DNA from: an uncultured Verrucomicrobiae bacterium | GTDB lineage: Bacteria > Verrucomicrobiota > Verrucomicrobiia > Chthoniobacterales > JAFAMB01 | Assembly (NCBI GenBank): GCA_963762565.1 | Contig: CAVXLD010000003.1 | Location: 32,001 to 96,000, forward strand | DNA: 64,000 nucleotides | Direction of reading: 5' to 3' | Part shown: piece by piece, positions 1 through 9,200 of the stretch | How the letters are laid out: each line of letters begins with the position of its first letter | Position numbering within the stretch: the first letter of the stretch is position 1 | Position numbers and translations under genes: made by a program | Notes under the pieces: generated by a model | Database searches by the model: none | Seen by the model: the letters and a program-made list of their open reading frames with translations, nothing else | What the model was told of the DNA's origin: nothing

Positions 1-183
1 CCGAGTGATAGCAGCTTGGCCTTCGTGACGATTTCCCATAGTGACGAATGCAAAACCTCGGGATTCGCCGCTCATGCGATCGGTTACAATGTGAACTTCA
101 GTGACGGTGCCGTGAGCTGAGAACAGATCACGCAGTGCGCTTTCGGTCGTGGAGACGGAGAGATTACCTACGTATAATTTCAT
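1..183 (-). CDS. RNA recognition motif (RRM) RNA-binding protein, runs off window edge
   Basis: Manual translation from ATG at 183: [49 protein letters not shown], with RNP2 (LYVGNL) and RNP1 (RGFAFV) motifs; not in ORF track. Confidence 0.9.
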   Translation of the reverse strand, partial: MKLYVGNLSVSTTESALRDLFSAHGTVTEVHIVTDRMSGESRGFAFVTMGNRHEGQAAITR

Positions 184-813
184 ATTAGTTTCGAAGGTAG
201 TCACAGAGCCGTTCCCGAGCGTCGGGTTTCGAACCAGCAACAAGGCTCACCCCATCGAAAATCCAACGGCAATCAACTGAGAACAATCGAGGGGTGTAAG
301 CTCGATCAGATTCAATAGATAGCAAGGAGCTTATTTCCAGAGGTTCTCTGGTTAAGGCCTCTTCGGAAGCGAAAGCGCTATTTCTTCTAACTCTTGGAGC
401 CGGGATTTTTTTGTTTTGATTGCCAACGTTTATCAAGGAGCTCCTGAAGCGGAGATGGCCTTTTAATGACCCAGGCGCGGCACGCGTCTTGAGCCAGCAA
501 ACTAGGTACGCCAAGCGACTCAAGGTTCTTGATCTTTCCTCTAGTACAAGACATCAAGCTCATGTGAGAATCGGGTTTGCTCGAAGAATCGGCGGACCTG
601 ATTTCTGCCGCTATTTCATAAGCTCTCGTTTCGAGGCTGATTTTTCTCGCGTTAAGTTCGGCCACCGCGCTGTCGGGGATTTCGATCATCAGGACAAAAC
701 GTGGCGAATCATGACGAAGACCACGTGAAAATTCAACCCGCATTAAAGTAGACATTCCTACTGCGAGGCTCGTCCAGCGTTGTCACTAGCGCAAGTGGTG
801 GTCGAAACCCTCG

Positions 814-1452
814 TTATCCGAGAAGCTTTTGACTCATCTGCACGAGTTCGGCCAAAGAAGTCGCACCCATTTTCTGCATGACGTGGGCCCGGTGTACCTT
901 CACTGTTTTTTCCGCGGTCCCGATTTCACTGGCGATCTGCTTGTTAAGCATTCCTCGTACAACCCGTCCCATTACTTCGCGCTCTCGCGGCGTGAGCGAT
1001 TCATATTGGCGGCGCAAATCCGCCAGCTTTGCCCGTCGCAAGCGCGCAGCCCGGTCAGAATCGATGGCTCGACGGACTGCGTCTAAGAGTTCCTGTTCCC
1101 GGAATGGCTTAGTCAAAAATTCAGCCGCGCCGGACTTCATGGCTTGAACCGTCATCGGGATGTCGCCGTGACCCGTGATGAAAATGATCGGAATTTCGGC
1201 ATCGGTTTTGAACAATCGGCGCTGCAGGTCGAGACCACTTAGATGCGGCAGACGGACATCGAGTATTAGACACGAAGGCACGTCCGGTCGATGACTTCGC
1301 AAGAATTCCTCCGCCGAACTGAAGCCTTGGACATCGAAACCAGCCGACCGGATCAAAAACTCAGTGGATCTGCGGAAAGAGTTGTCGTCGTCAACGACAA
1401 ACACGCTCGATGGATTTCCCGGCTCTTTCACGTTTAGCGTTGAGGATAGCAA
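814..1452 (-). CDS. FixJ/LuxR-family DNA-binding response regulator
   Basis: Receiver motifs [26 protein letters not shown]-terminal Lux[23 protein letters not shown]. Confidence 0.92.
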   Translation of the reverse strand: MLSSTLNVKEPGNPSSVFVVDDDNSFRRSTEFLIRSAGFDVQGFSSAEEFLRSHRPDVPSCLILDVRLPHLSGLDLQRRLFKTDAEIPIIFITGHGDIPMTVQAMKSGAAEFLTKPFREQELLDAVRRAIDSDRAARLRRAKLADLRRQYESLTPREREVMGRVVRGMLNKQIASEIGTAEKTVKVHRAHVMQKMGATSLAELVQMSQKLLG

Positions 1453-1507
1453 ATAGAAATCTTCGCTGTGGATCTTACCAAAAAGCTCCGCTGTTCGCTA
1501 TTGTCAA

Positions 1508-1948
1508 TTAGGCTTGATTAAGCGCTCGTTGGAGGGCGTTGAACAATGCATCTTCGCTGAAAGGCTTGGCCAGGAAATCCACCGCACCTCCGGCGATGGC
1601 TTCTGTCCGCTCGTCGTCGGTCGCACGGGCAGAGATAAAAATGATCGGAATGCGTTTGTTATCGCTCGTCAGAGTTCGTTGCAATTCCAAGCCATCAATT
1701 CCGGGCATCCGAAGGTCGAGGATTAGAACTAAGCACTTCGTCTCTTCGACCAGGCCTGAATCGAGAAACTGCTGAGCAGACAGAAAGGCTTCGGCCCTGA
1801 AACCAAAAGAGCGAACAAGGAATCGGGTCGAGCCTGCCATCGAGGGATCGTCGTCCACGATGCAAACCAGCGGGGCGGTGGATAAGTTGACACTACTGTT
1901 AGACACTTGATTGATTCTAGACTTCTTGAATTCTGCACGATAGCGCAT
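1508..1948 (-). CDS. Single-domain response regulator (receiver only); true start may be downstream
   Basis: IVDDD, LDLRMPG, FISA, FLAKPF; no output domain. Confidence 0.85.
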   Translation of the reverse strand: MRYRAEFKKSRINQVSNSSVNLSTAPLVCIVDDDPSMAGSTRFLVRSFGFRAEAFLSAQQFLDSGLVEETKCLVLILDLRMPGIDGLELQRTLTSDNKRIPIIFISARATDDERTEAIAGGAVDFLAKPFSEDALFNALQRALNQA

Positions 1949-1966
1949 CCGATAGCCTGTTGCCGG

Positions 1967-2000
1967 TTGGACCTTGGTCCCGGTCTATTGGACTTTGGTC
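1967..2000. promoter_or_regulatory. Tandem pair of GACCAAGGTCCAATAG-like motifs (candidate regulator binding sites)
   Basis: ttggaccttggtcc (1967-1980) and ctattggactttggtc (1985-2000); same motif at 5807-5823 and 6010-6026. Confidence 0.5.
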
Positions 2001-2008
2001 TTAGTTCT

Positions 2009-2075
2009 TAGTGTCCTGTCCCGTAAATGGCGTGCCTTTCGTCCGGCAGCTGTCGATTGGCCACGGCCCGGAGGG
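2009..2075. mobile_element. Truncated copy of the GTGT..ACAC MITE family
   Basis: tagtgtcctgtccc end plus ggccacggcccggaggg internal motif, shared with elements at 12469, 49868 and 55777. Confidence 0.55.
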
Positions 2076-2094
2076 ACGTTGCCTTGCGCGTCTT

Positions 2095-2222
2095 CAGCAT
2101 CTCCAACCCGCTACGCGGTGCTTTTCGGACTTGGCGCAGTACTCCAACACTCCCGCACTCCATCACTCAGCGTGGCCGGATTCGAGGACGAGGACGACGA
2201 CGAGGACGAGAACGAAGCGCCC
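2095..2222. repeat. Dispersed repeat family A, empty form lacking the inner module
   Basis: gtactccaacactccc..ggattcgaggacgaggacgacgacgaggacgagaacgaagcgcc; matches the reverse complement of 61462-61685 apart from the inner module. Confidence 0.8.
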
Positions 2223-2298
2223 GATGTAGGCTGACGCGAGAAATGATGTGGCCCACAGAAACCTCCTGGCATATCTTCTTGGGCCAGAAAAGCTTCGG

Positions 2299-3975
2299 AT
2301 GAAGGGGAGAGTCTCCATCGAGCGGATCGCGACGGCGCGGCAGCGCCTGGCGGAGCTGTCGGAGTTCGGTCCGCCTGGCAGCGAAAGTCAGGTACGAGAG
2401 GCCGTCGAGCTCCTTTTCAGTGTTCTCGATGAGCTGGAGACGGCTGCCAAAGGCGGCGAGCTCGAGCAAGAGACCGATAACGAAAGCCGGTTCAACACCT
2501 TGGCGGAGACGGCCTCAGACGGGATCATCTCTATCGATGACCAAAGCGCCATCCGGTACGTAAATCCCGCCGCCGGGCAAATGTTTGGCTACGAGCCAGC
2601 CGAAATGCTGGGCAAAAACCTTACCGTTCTCATGCCCGAGCGTTTCCGGCAGCTGCATCTGACCTCTTTTAGGAGGTATTTGGCCACGGGTCAAAGGCAC
2701 ATCCGTTGGAGAGCCGTTGAGCTGGTCGGCCTGCACAAGAGCGGTCGAGAATTCCCAATCGAGATCTCGTTTGGCGAGGACGCACGCGGAGACAAGCATT
2801 TCTTCACCGGCATCGTACGCGATCTTACGGACCGCAAGCGATCGGAGGAGGCCCTTCGGGTGAGCGAGCAGCGTTTGCAAGCCATCGTCGACAACACAAC
2901 TGCACTCGTTTTTATCAAGGATCTGGAACTCCGGTACGTTCTAGTCAACCGCGAATATGAACGCCTTTTTGGTATTGGACGCGATCAAATCCGAGGTAAA
3001 ACCGATTTTGACGTTCACCCGCATGATGTGGCCGAAACGCTCAGAGCAAACGACCGGCAGGTCATCGAAACCGGTGCACCCATGCAGTTTGAAGAGGTTG
3101 TGCCGTGGAAGGCAAGCGACCGTTACTATGTTGTCGTTAAATTTCTGCTGCGCGATCAAGCCAACGAGCCGTACGCGATTTGCGGCATTGCCACGGACAT
3201 CACGGAGCTAAAACAAGCGCAAGAAGACCTGCGCTCGAGAGAGGCTGAACTGACCCATGTGACGCGAATTATGACCATGGGCGAGATAACCAGCTCGATC
3301 GCGCATGAAATTAACCAGCCGCTTGGGGCAATCGTTAATTATGGAAATGCGTGCCTAAGACTTATCACGAGCGGGCCTGCTGACCTAACTGATATCGCCA
3401 CTGCCTTGTCGGAGATTGTAAATGATGCCAATCGAGCGAGTGCTATCATTGCCCAGATTCGGGCGCATTCGAAGAAGGCCCTTCCTGAGATGGTGGTGTT
3501 GGAGGTCAAGGACCTGGTGACTGAGATCTTGCCATTAGTTCGACACGAGTTAAATGCACGCCGGATAGTACTAAAAGCCGTTTTAGCCGACAATCTGGAC
3601 CCGGTCATGGGGGACCGGATCCAGCTGCAGCAGGTGTTATTAAATTTGGTGATAAATGGTATGGAGGCGATGCACCAAGTTCCAGAAGACTGCCGACATC
3701 TTTCTATCGAGGCGCAGTCCCATGTCTCGGAGGGCAAGGTGTTCATTCTGATCGCGGTGACGGACTCAGGTGTCGGCCTACCGGCGGAGGACCAACCGAA
3801 GCTTTTCGAAGCCTTTTACACAACAAAAGCAGAAGGCATGGGTATGGGGTTGGCCATCAGTCGTTCCATCGTGGAAGCGCATGGCGGACGACTATGGGCA
3901 ACGCCGAATGCCGATGTTGGTGCAACCTTCCAGTTCGTGTTGCCAGCGCAGAACCGTAGGGTGTCTCGGGTTTAA
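2299..3975 (+). CDS. PAS-PAS sensor histidine kinase (FixL/NodV-like)
   Basis: Two PAS/PAC repeats, H-box SIAHEINQPL, N-box QVLLNLVING, G-boxes DSGVG and GMGMGL; ORF track starts at 2248, ATG 2299 preferred. Confidence 0.9.
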   Translation: MKGRVSIERIATARQRLAELSEFGPPGSESQVREAVELLFSVLDELETAAKGGELEQETDNESRFNTLAETASDGIISIDDQSAIRYVNPAAGQMFGYEPAEMLGKNLTVLMPERFRQLHLTSFRRYLATGQRHIRWRAVELVGLHKSGREFPIEISFGEDARGDKHFFTGIVRDLTDRKRSEEALRVSEQRLQAIVDNTTALVFIKDLELRYVLVNREYERLFGIGRDQIRGKTDFDVHPHDVAETLRANDRQVIETGAPMQFEEVVPWKASDRYYVVVKFLLRDQANEPYAICGIATDITELKQAQEDLRSREAELTHVTRIMTMGEITSSIAHEINQPLGAIVNYGNACLRLITSGPADLTDIATALSEIVNDANRASAIIAQIRAHSKKALPEMVVLEVKDLVTEILPLVRHELNARRIVLKAVLADNLDPVMGDRIQLQQVLLNLVINGMEAMHQVPEDCRHLSIEAQSHVSEGKVFILIAVTDSGVGLPAEDQPKLFEAFYTTKAEGMGMGLAISRSIVEAHGGRLWATPNADVGATFQFVLPAQNRRVSRV

Positions 3976-4030
3976 AATCACCCAACACTCGGCCGGTTCT
4001 CGGCCTGATGACCCGGCAGCTGACTGCAGC

Positions 4031-4262
4031 GGCCATGAAATGGCCTAAGAGAATAACCCAGGCCTTCAGGCCTGGGTCACTTCATTTTAGCATCCGACCT
4101 GAAGGGGCGACCGAATCGGTGTGGTCATCACGCGTAGAAGTCGATACCGTTATGTCTGTATTCAAACTCTCGCCTGTCGGTCGCCCTTTCAGGGCGACCT
4201 CTCCGGTGCGGCTTCTCCCAGGCCTGAAGACCTGGGCTATTCTGTCAGGCCATTTCATGGCC
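4031..4262. repeat. REPIN-like long inverted-repeat element (family B)
   Basis: ggccatgaaatggcc..cccaggccttcaggcctggg mirrored by cccaggcctgaagacctggg..ggccatttcatggcc; lies between convergent genes. Confidence 0.8.
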
Positions 4263-4277
4263 AAAAAAGCCTCCTAC

Positions 4278-5720
4278 TCATGACTCCACGCACTGATTTA
4301 AAGCCGGTCGTTTCAAACCCATCTTTTCCATCCGGGCGAACAAAGTGGTGGGACTCACGCCCAAAAGCTCGGCGGCTCCACCGGCGCCCTTGATTTTCCA
4401 GCCAGCCTTCTGCATCACAGCAAGAAGGTTCTGGCGCTGGCGACGTTGCATTTCTATCTCAGTGAGGTATTCCGGTTCGGCCTGGTCTATATCCCTTGGC
4501 GCAACACACGTTGGATCGATTGAGGCACCAAACGCCGGGACATCAAACTCCAACAAACCGCCCCGGGCAGAAATGACGGCGCGTTCGATAACATTTCGCA
4601 GTTCTCGGATGTTGCCCGGCCAATCGTAAGCCAAGAGGGTTTCTATGCCCGGCCGGGTTAGTCTCGGCTTTGGACATCCGAGTTCTTTGAACAACGATTC
4701 GACGAAGTGCGTTGTCAAAAGGGGGATGTCTTCTTTGCGCTCCCTTAGGGCGGCAACTTTCAACGGGAAAACATTGAGACGGTAAAAGAGATCTTCGCGA
4801 AAACGGCCCTCGGTCACCTCTTTCTTTAAATCTCGATTAGTGGCCGCCACGATTCGCACATCGGCGTACCGGGTCTTCTCCTCGCCTACCCGTTCGTAAG
4901 ATTTCTCCTGCAGAACGCGCAAGAGTTTGCTCTGTAGTTGCAGGGGGATTTCGCCGACCTCGTCCAAGAACAGGGTTCCGCCCTCGGCGACCTCGAAGCG
5001 CCCAGCCCGATCTTTGATCGCGCCGGTGAACGCTCCCCTGGCATGGCCAAAGAATTCGCTTTCAAACAATTCCTTTGGGATTGAAGCGCAACTAACCCGA
5101 ACCAAGGGTTTGTCTCTCCGCCGGCTGCGCTCGTGAATAGCCTGAACGATGAGCTCTTTTCCGGTTCCGGTTTCGCCAAGAATCAAGACGGTCGAATCAA
5201 TGGGAGCGACCATGTCGATCTGCTTCATTAGGCGACGCAACGCTGCGCCCTTGCCTACTATTCCGGAAAAAGTGATTTCGTTGCGCAGTTCGTCTTCAGG
5301 GCAGGGCGGCTCTCGATTCGACTGAATTTTTGACGGCTCAATCTGACGACCCAGGTCGATCGCCTGGTCAATTGCTCTGAGCAAGTCTTCATCGCTGAAA
5401 GGCTTGGTCAGAAATTCGATGGCGCCCGCTTTCATAGCGCGCACACTCATTGGAATGTCGCCGTGACCAGTGACGAAAATAATCGGAATTTTAGCATCCC
5501 GGCGGACCAGTTCTTCTTGCAGATCAAGGCCGCTTATTCCCGGTAGTTGTACATCGACCACCAGGCAGCCGAGCGCCTCCACGGGCGGATTAGTCAAAAA
5601 CTCCTGCGCCGAGGAAAATGCCCGCACCTTCAGGCCCGCTGAGTGGAGCAGGAAGCTAACACTTTCCCGGATCGCCGATTCGTCATCGATTACACAGATT
5701 AGAGGACTGTTATCATTCAT
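4278..5720 (-). CDS. Sigma54-dependent response regulator (receiver-AAA+-Fis HTH)
   Basis: FixJ-like receiver, [31 protein letters not shown]-terminal HTH. Confidence 0.92.
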   Translation of the reverse strand: MNDNSPLICVIDDESAIRESVSFLLHSAGLKVRAFSSAQEFLTNPPVEALGCLVVDVQLPGISGLDLQEELVRRDAKIPIIFVTGHGDIPMSVRAMKAGAIEFLTKPFSDEDLLRAIDQAIDLGRQIEPSKIQSNREPPCPEDELRNEITFSGIVGKGAALRRLMKQIDMVAPIDSTVLILGETGTGKELIVQAIHERSRRRDKPLVRVSCASIPKELFESEFFGHARGAFTGAIKDRAGRFEVAEGGTLFLDEVGEIPLQLQSKLLRVLQEKSYERVGEEKTRYADVRIVAATNRDLKKEVTEGRFREDLFYRLNVFPLKVAALRERKEDIPLLTTHFVESLFKELGCPKPRLTRPGIETLLAYDWPGNIRELRNVIERAVISARGGLLEFDVPAFGASIDPTCVAPRDIDQAEPEYLTEIEMQRRQRQNLLAVMQKAGWKIKGAGGAAELLGVSPTTLFARMEKMGLKRPALNQCVES

Positions 5721-5806
5721 AGACTTAGCCTTTCAAAAGACGTGCGAACGCGGTTTCACGAGGTCTACTTTGCGTCATCAATCAGAGACCCGAACGGCGC
5801 TAAACT

Positions 5807-6026
5807 CTATTGGACCTTGGTCCCAGCGGGCTATGCCCTATGGCCCGGATTTGGCCTTCAACAAATGCTGGCGTCAAAATCGTGGGCGCTCGGCGATCCG
5901 ATAAGCCTGCTTTGGGAGGAGTGCCTGAGAAACGCTGGGATTGAATTCAGCGGTTGCTGCCACACCGAGATCCTTATACCGATGCTGAGCCACACGTCTT
6001 AGCGGTCCTGGACCAAGGTCCAATAG
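5807..6026. promoter_or_regulatory. Inverted pair of 17-bp GGACCAAGGTCCAATAG motifs in a divergent promoter region
   Basis: ctattggaccttggtcc (5807-5823) and ggaccaaggtccaatag (6010-6026) are exact reverse complements. Confidence 0.55.
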
Positions 6027-6229
6027 AATATGGCCCCCTCTGGGTCTTTGGTGGTGCGACAAAGAAGTCACCGTGAGGGCGGGCTATCGATTAGTAGCTG
6101 CGAACCGTTTACCAGCCTTCAGTGCGGTTCGACAGAGGGCAAATCGATGAAAGAAAATAACCTCTTGTTTGGATAATTGATGAATCAACTAAAGACCAGT
6201 ATAACCTGCAGGTCGCTGGAGTCGGTTCT

Positions 6230-9200
6230 GTGATTGAGCTCTCAACATATAGCCTCGAGCTGCTGCGGAATGATAAAGAGCTTAACCTTTATCGCGGCAG
6301 GAGCGAGCACGATGACTCTCGGATTCTGGTGCTTTCGCCGGCTGTAGAATATCCGGCGCCGGAAACTCTGAAACGGCTGGAGCACGAATATTCTCTCAGA
6401 GAAGAGCTGGAACCCGCTTGGGCTGCCCGGCCGCTTGCGATCACTCATCACTGGAACCGTACCGTGCTCGTCTTAGAGGATCCGGGCGGTGTACCTCTCG
6501 ATCAACTCCTCGGTCAACCATTGGAATTGGTTTTTGGGTTGCGCCTGGCGGTCGAGCTTTCAGACGTAATCGATCGCTTGCATCAGCGGGGCATCATCCA
6601 CAAGGATATTAAGCCAGCTAATGTCCTGGCTAATCCCCTCACGGGACGCTGCTGGCTGAAAGGTTTTGGTATTGCATCGCGGCTCCCACGCGAACGCCAA
6701 ACCGCCAAGCCTCCCGAGCTGGTGGCAGGAACGCTCGCCTACATGGCGCCCGAGCAGACTGGACGAATGAATCGTTCCACCGATCGCCGCAGCGATCTCT
6801 ATGCGTTCGGAGTGTCACTTTACGAAATGCTAACTGGCGCTCTTCCTTTCATGGCGTCTGACCCGATGGAATGGGTGCACTGTCACATCGCCAGAAAGCC
6901 GATCTCCCCCAGCGAGCGGCTCAACAGTGTCCCGGCGGCTGTCTCAGCCGTAGTCATGAAGTTGCTCGCCAAAACAGCCGAGGAGCGGTACCAGACAGCG
7001 GCGGGGGTTGAGGCTGATCTTCGACGCTGCCTGAGCGAACTGGAGGGATCGCAGCCTGTCCGCCATAGCCGCTCAAGTGGTGCTCCGTCCGAGATGCAGG
7101 GCTCATCTATGGCGACGGCGGATCCTCGCGATCCGTCTCTTCTGCGCGCGGGGATCCGACTTCGCCAGTTCGGGGAGGAAACGATACCAGTCGCTGAGGC
7201 TACGTCGGACAGGCAGCGCGCCCTCCCGGCTCCGGCAGCAGGAATGGAGGACGAGGACAGCCTGCCCGACGAAGCTTTACCTTCCTCGGTTGGGAGCTCT
7301 GTCACTGAGCGAAGTCGGGAGTACGAAGTGCCCTGTGAGATCCCTGAGTTCCCGCTTGGCGAGTATGACATACCGAATCAGCTGTTGATTCCTGAAAAAT
7401 TGTACGGACGAGCCCGAGAAATCAATATCTTGCTCGCCTCCTTCGGACGTGTGGTCGCTAGCGGTAGGCCTGAAATAGTACTCGTGTCCGGCTATTCAGG
7501 GATCGGCAAATCTTCGGTGGTCAACGAGCTTCACCAGGCACTGATTCCGCAGCGCGGCTTTTTCGCCTCGGGCAAGGTTGACCAGTACAAACGTGACATC
7601 CCTTACTCAACGCTAGCCCAGGCCTTCCAGGGCCTAGTCCGGTCACTTCTCGGTAGGAGCGACGCTGAGCTGAGTCGATGGAGTGATGCTTTTCGAGAAG
7701 CACTGGGCCAAAATGGACAGCTCATTGTAGACCTGATCCCCGAGTTAGCGCTCATCCTCGGTCTGCAGCCACCAGTCCCAGAACTTCCTGCTCAAGACGC
7801 ACAACGCCGGTTCCAGCTCGTATTCCGGCGATTCATTAGCGTCTTCGCCCGACCCGAGCACCCGTTGGCGCTATTTCTGGACGATTTGCAGTGGCTCGAC
7901 GGAGCCACTCTCGACCTGTTTGAGGACTTATCGACCCAATGGGACGTGCAACATTTGATGTTGATCGGCGCCTACCGAGACAACGAAGTAGATTCCGTCC
8001 ATCCGCTGATGCGCAAGCTCGAAGCAATCCGCCAAGCTGGAGCGACAGTGCACGAAATCATCCTCGCCCCGCTAGCCCGTGAGGATTTGGGACGATTGAT
8101 TGCGGATGCTCTTCACTGCGAACCGGAGCGTGCCACCCCGCTGGCGCAGCTCGTTCAGGAAAAGACTGCTGGCAATCCATTTTTCGTCATCCAGTTTATT
8201 CATGCGCTGGTGGAGGAGGCGTTGCTCACCTTCGAGCATGGCAGTGGTAGGTGGTCTTGGGACCTTAGTCACATTCACGATAAGGGTTACACCGATAATG
8301 TGGTGGACCTCATGATTGGAAAGGTGAATCGCTTGCCCGGCGAAACTCAGAAAGCCCTGCAAGAGTTTGCCTGCCTTGGAAACAGCGCCGAGATCAAAAC
8401 GCTTTCAGCCGTTTGCGCGACTTCGGAGGAGGAGCTCCACTCGAACTTGTGGGAGGCGGTGCGTCTCGAGTATATCAGGCGTTCCGAAGATTCCTATATT
8501 TTTGGCCACGACCGTGTACAGGAAGCGGCCTATTCACTGATCCCGGAAAAATTACGCGCTGAAGCCCATGTCCGAATAGGCAGGATACTCCGCGTGCTCA
8601 CCCCTGGAGATAAGCTGGAGGAAAGGATCTTTGAGATCGTCAACCAGTTCTACCGCGGCACCGCGCTGATTGTGACGCAAGGGGAGCGCGAGCAGGTTGC
8701 TGAGCTCAATCTTGTGGCGGGAAAGCGAGCCAAATCGGCAACTGCGTATGCCTCAGCTTTGCGATATCTCACGGCCGGGCGTACGCTGCTGGGGGAGAAC
8801 GCATGGGAAGAGTGCAACCAGCTCACGTTCCAGATCGAGCTCAATCATGCTGAGTGCGAGTATCTGACAGGGAAGTTGGCGTTAGCCGAAGAGCATCTCT
8901 CGGCGCTGTCGACTCGGGCACAGAGCATCTTCGAGTCTGCGGCCGTCAGCTGCATGCGGATCAATCTCTATACGACCCTGGACCAGAGCGACAGCGCCGT
9001 AGAGGTAGGGCTCGACTATCTACGGCGGGTTGACGACGAGTGGCCGGCTCATCCAACAGCGGATCACGTTCAGCAGGAGTATTCCCGTCTGTGGTTGGAG
9101 CTCGGTTCTCGCCCGATTGAGGCGATGCTCGATCTGCCGCTAATGAGCGACGCGGAAAAGTCCGCTACCATGGACGTCCTCACCGTGCTGACGATACCGG

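Noticed and set aside
387..755. Overlapping ORFs 387-755 (-) and 420-728 (+)
   Set aside because: No recognisable motif; cannot tell which, if either, is real
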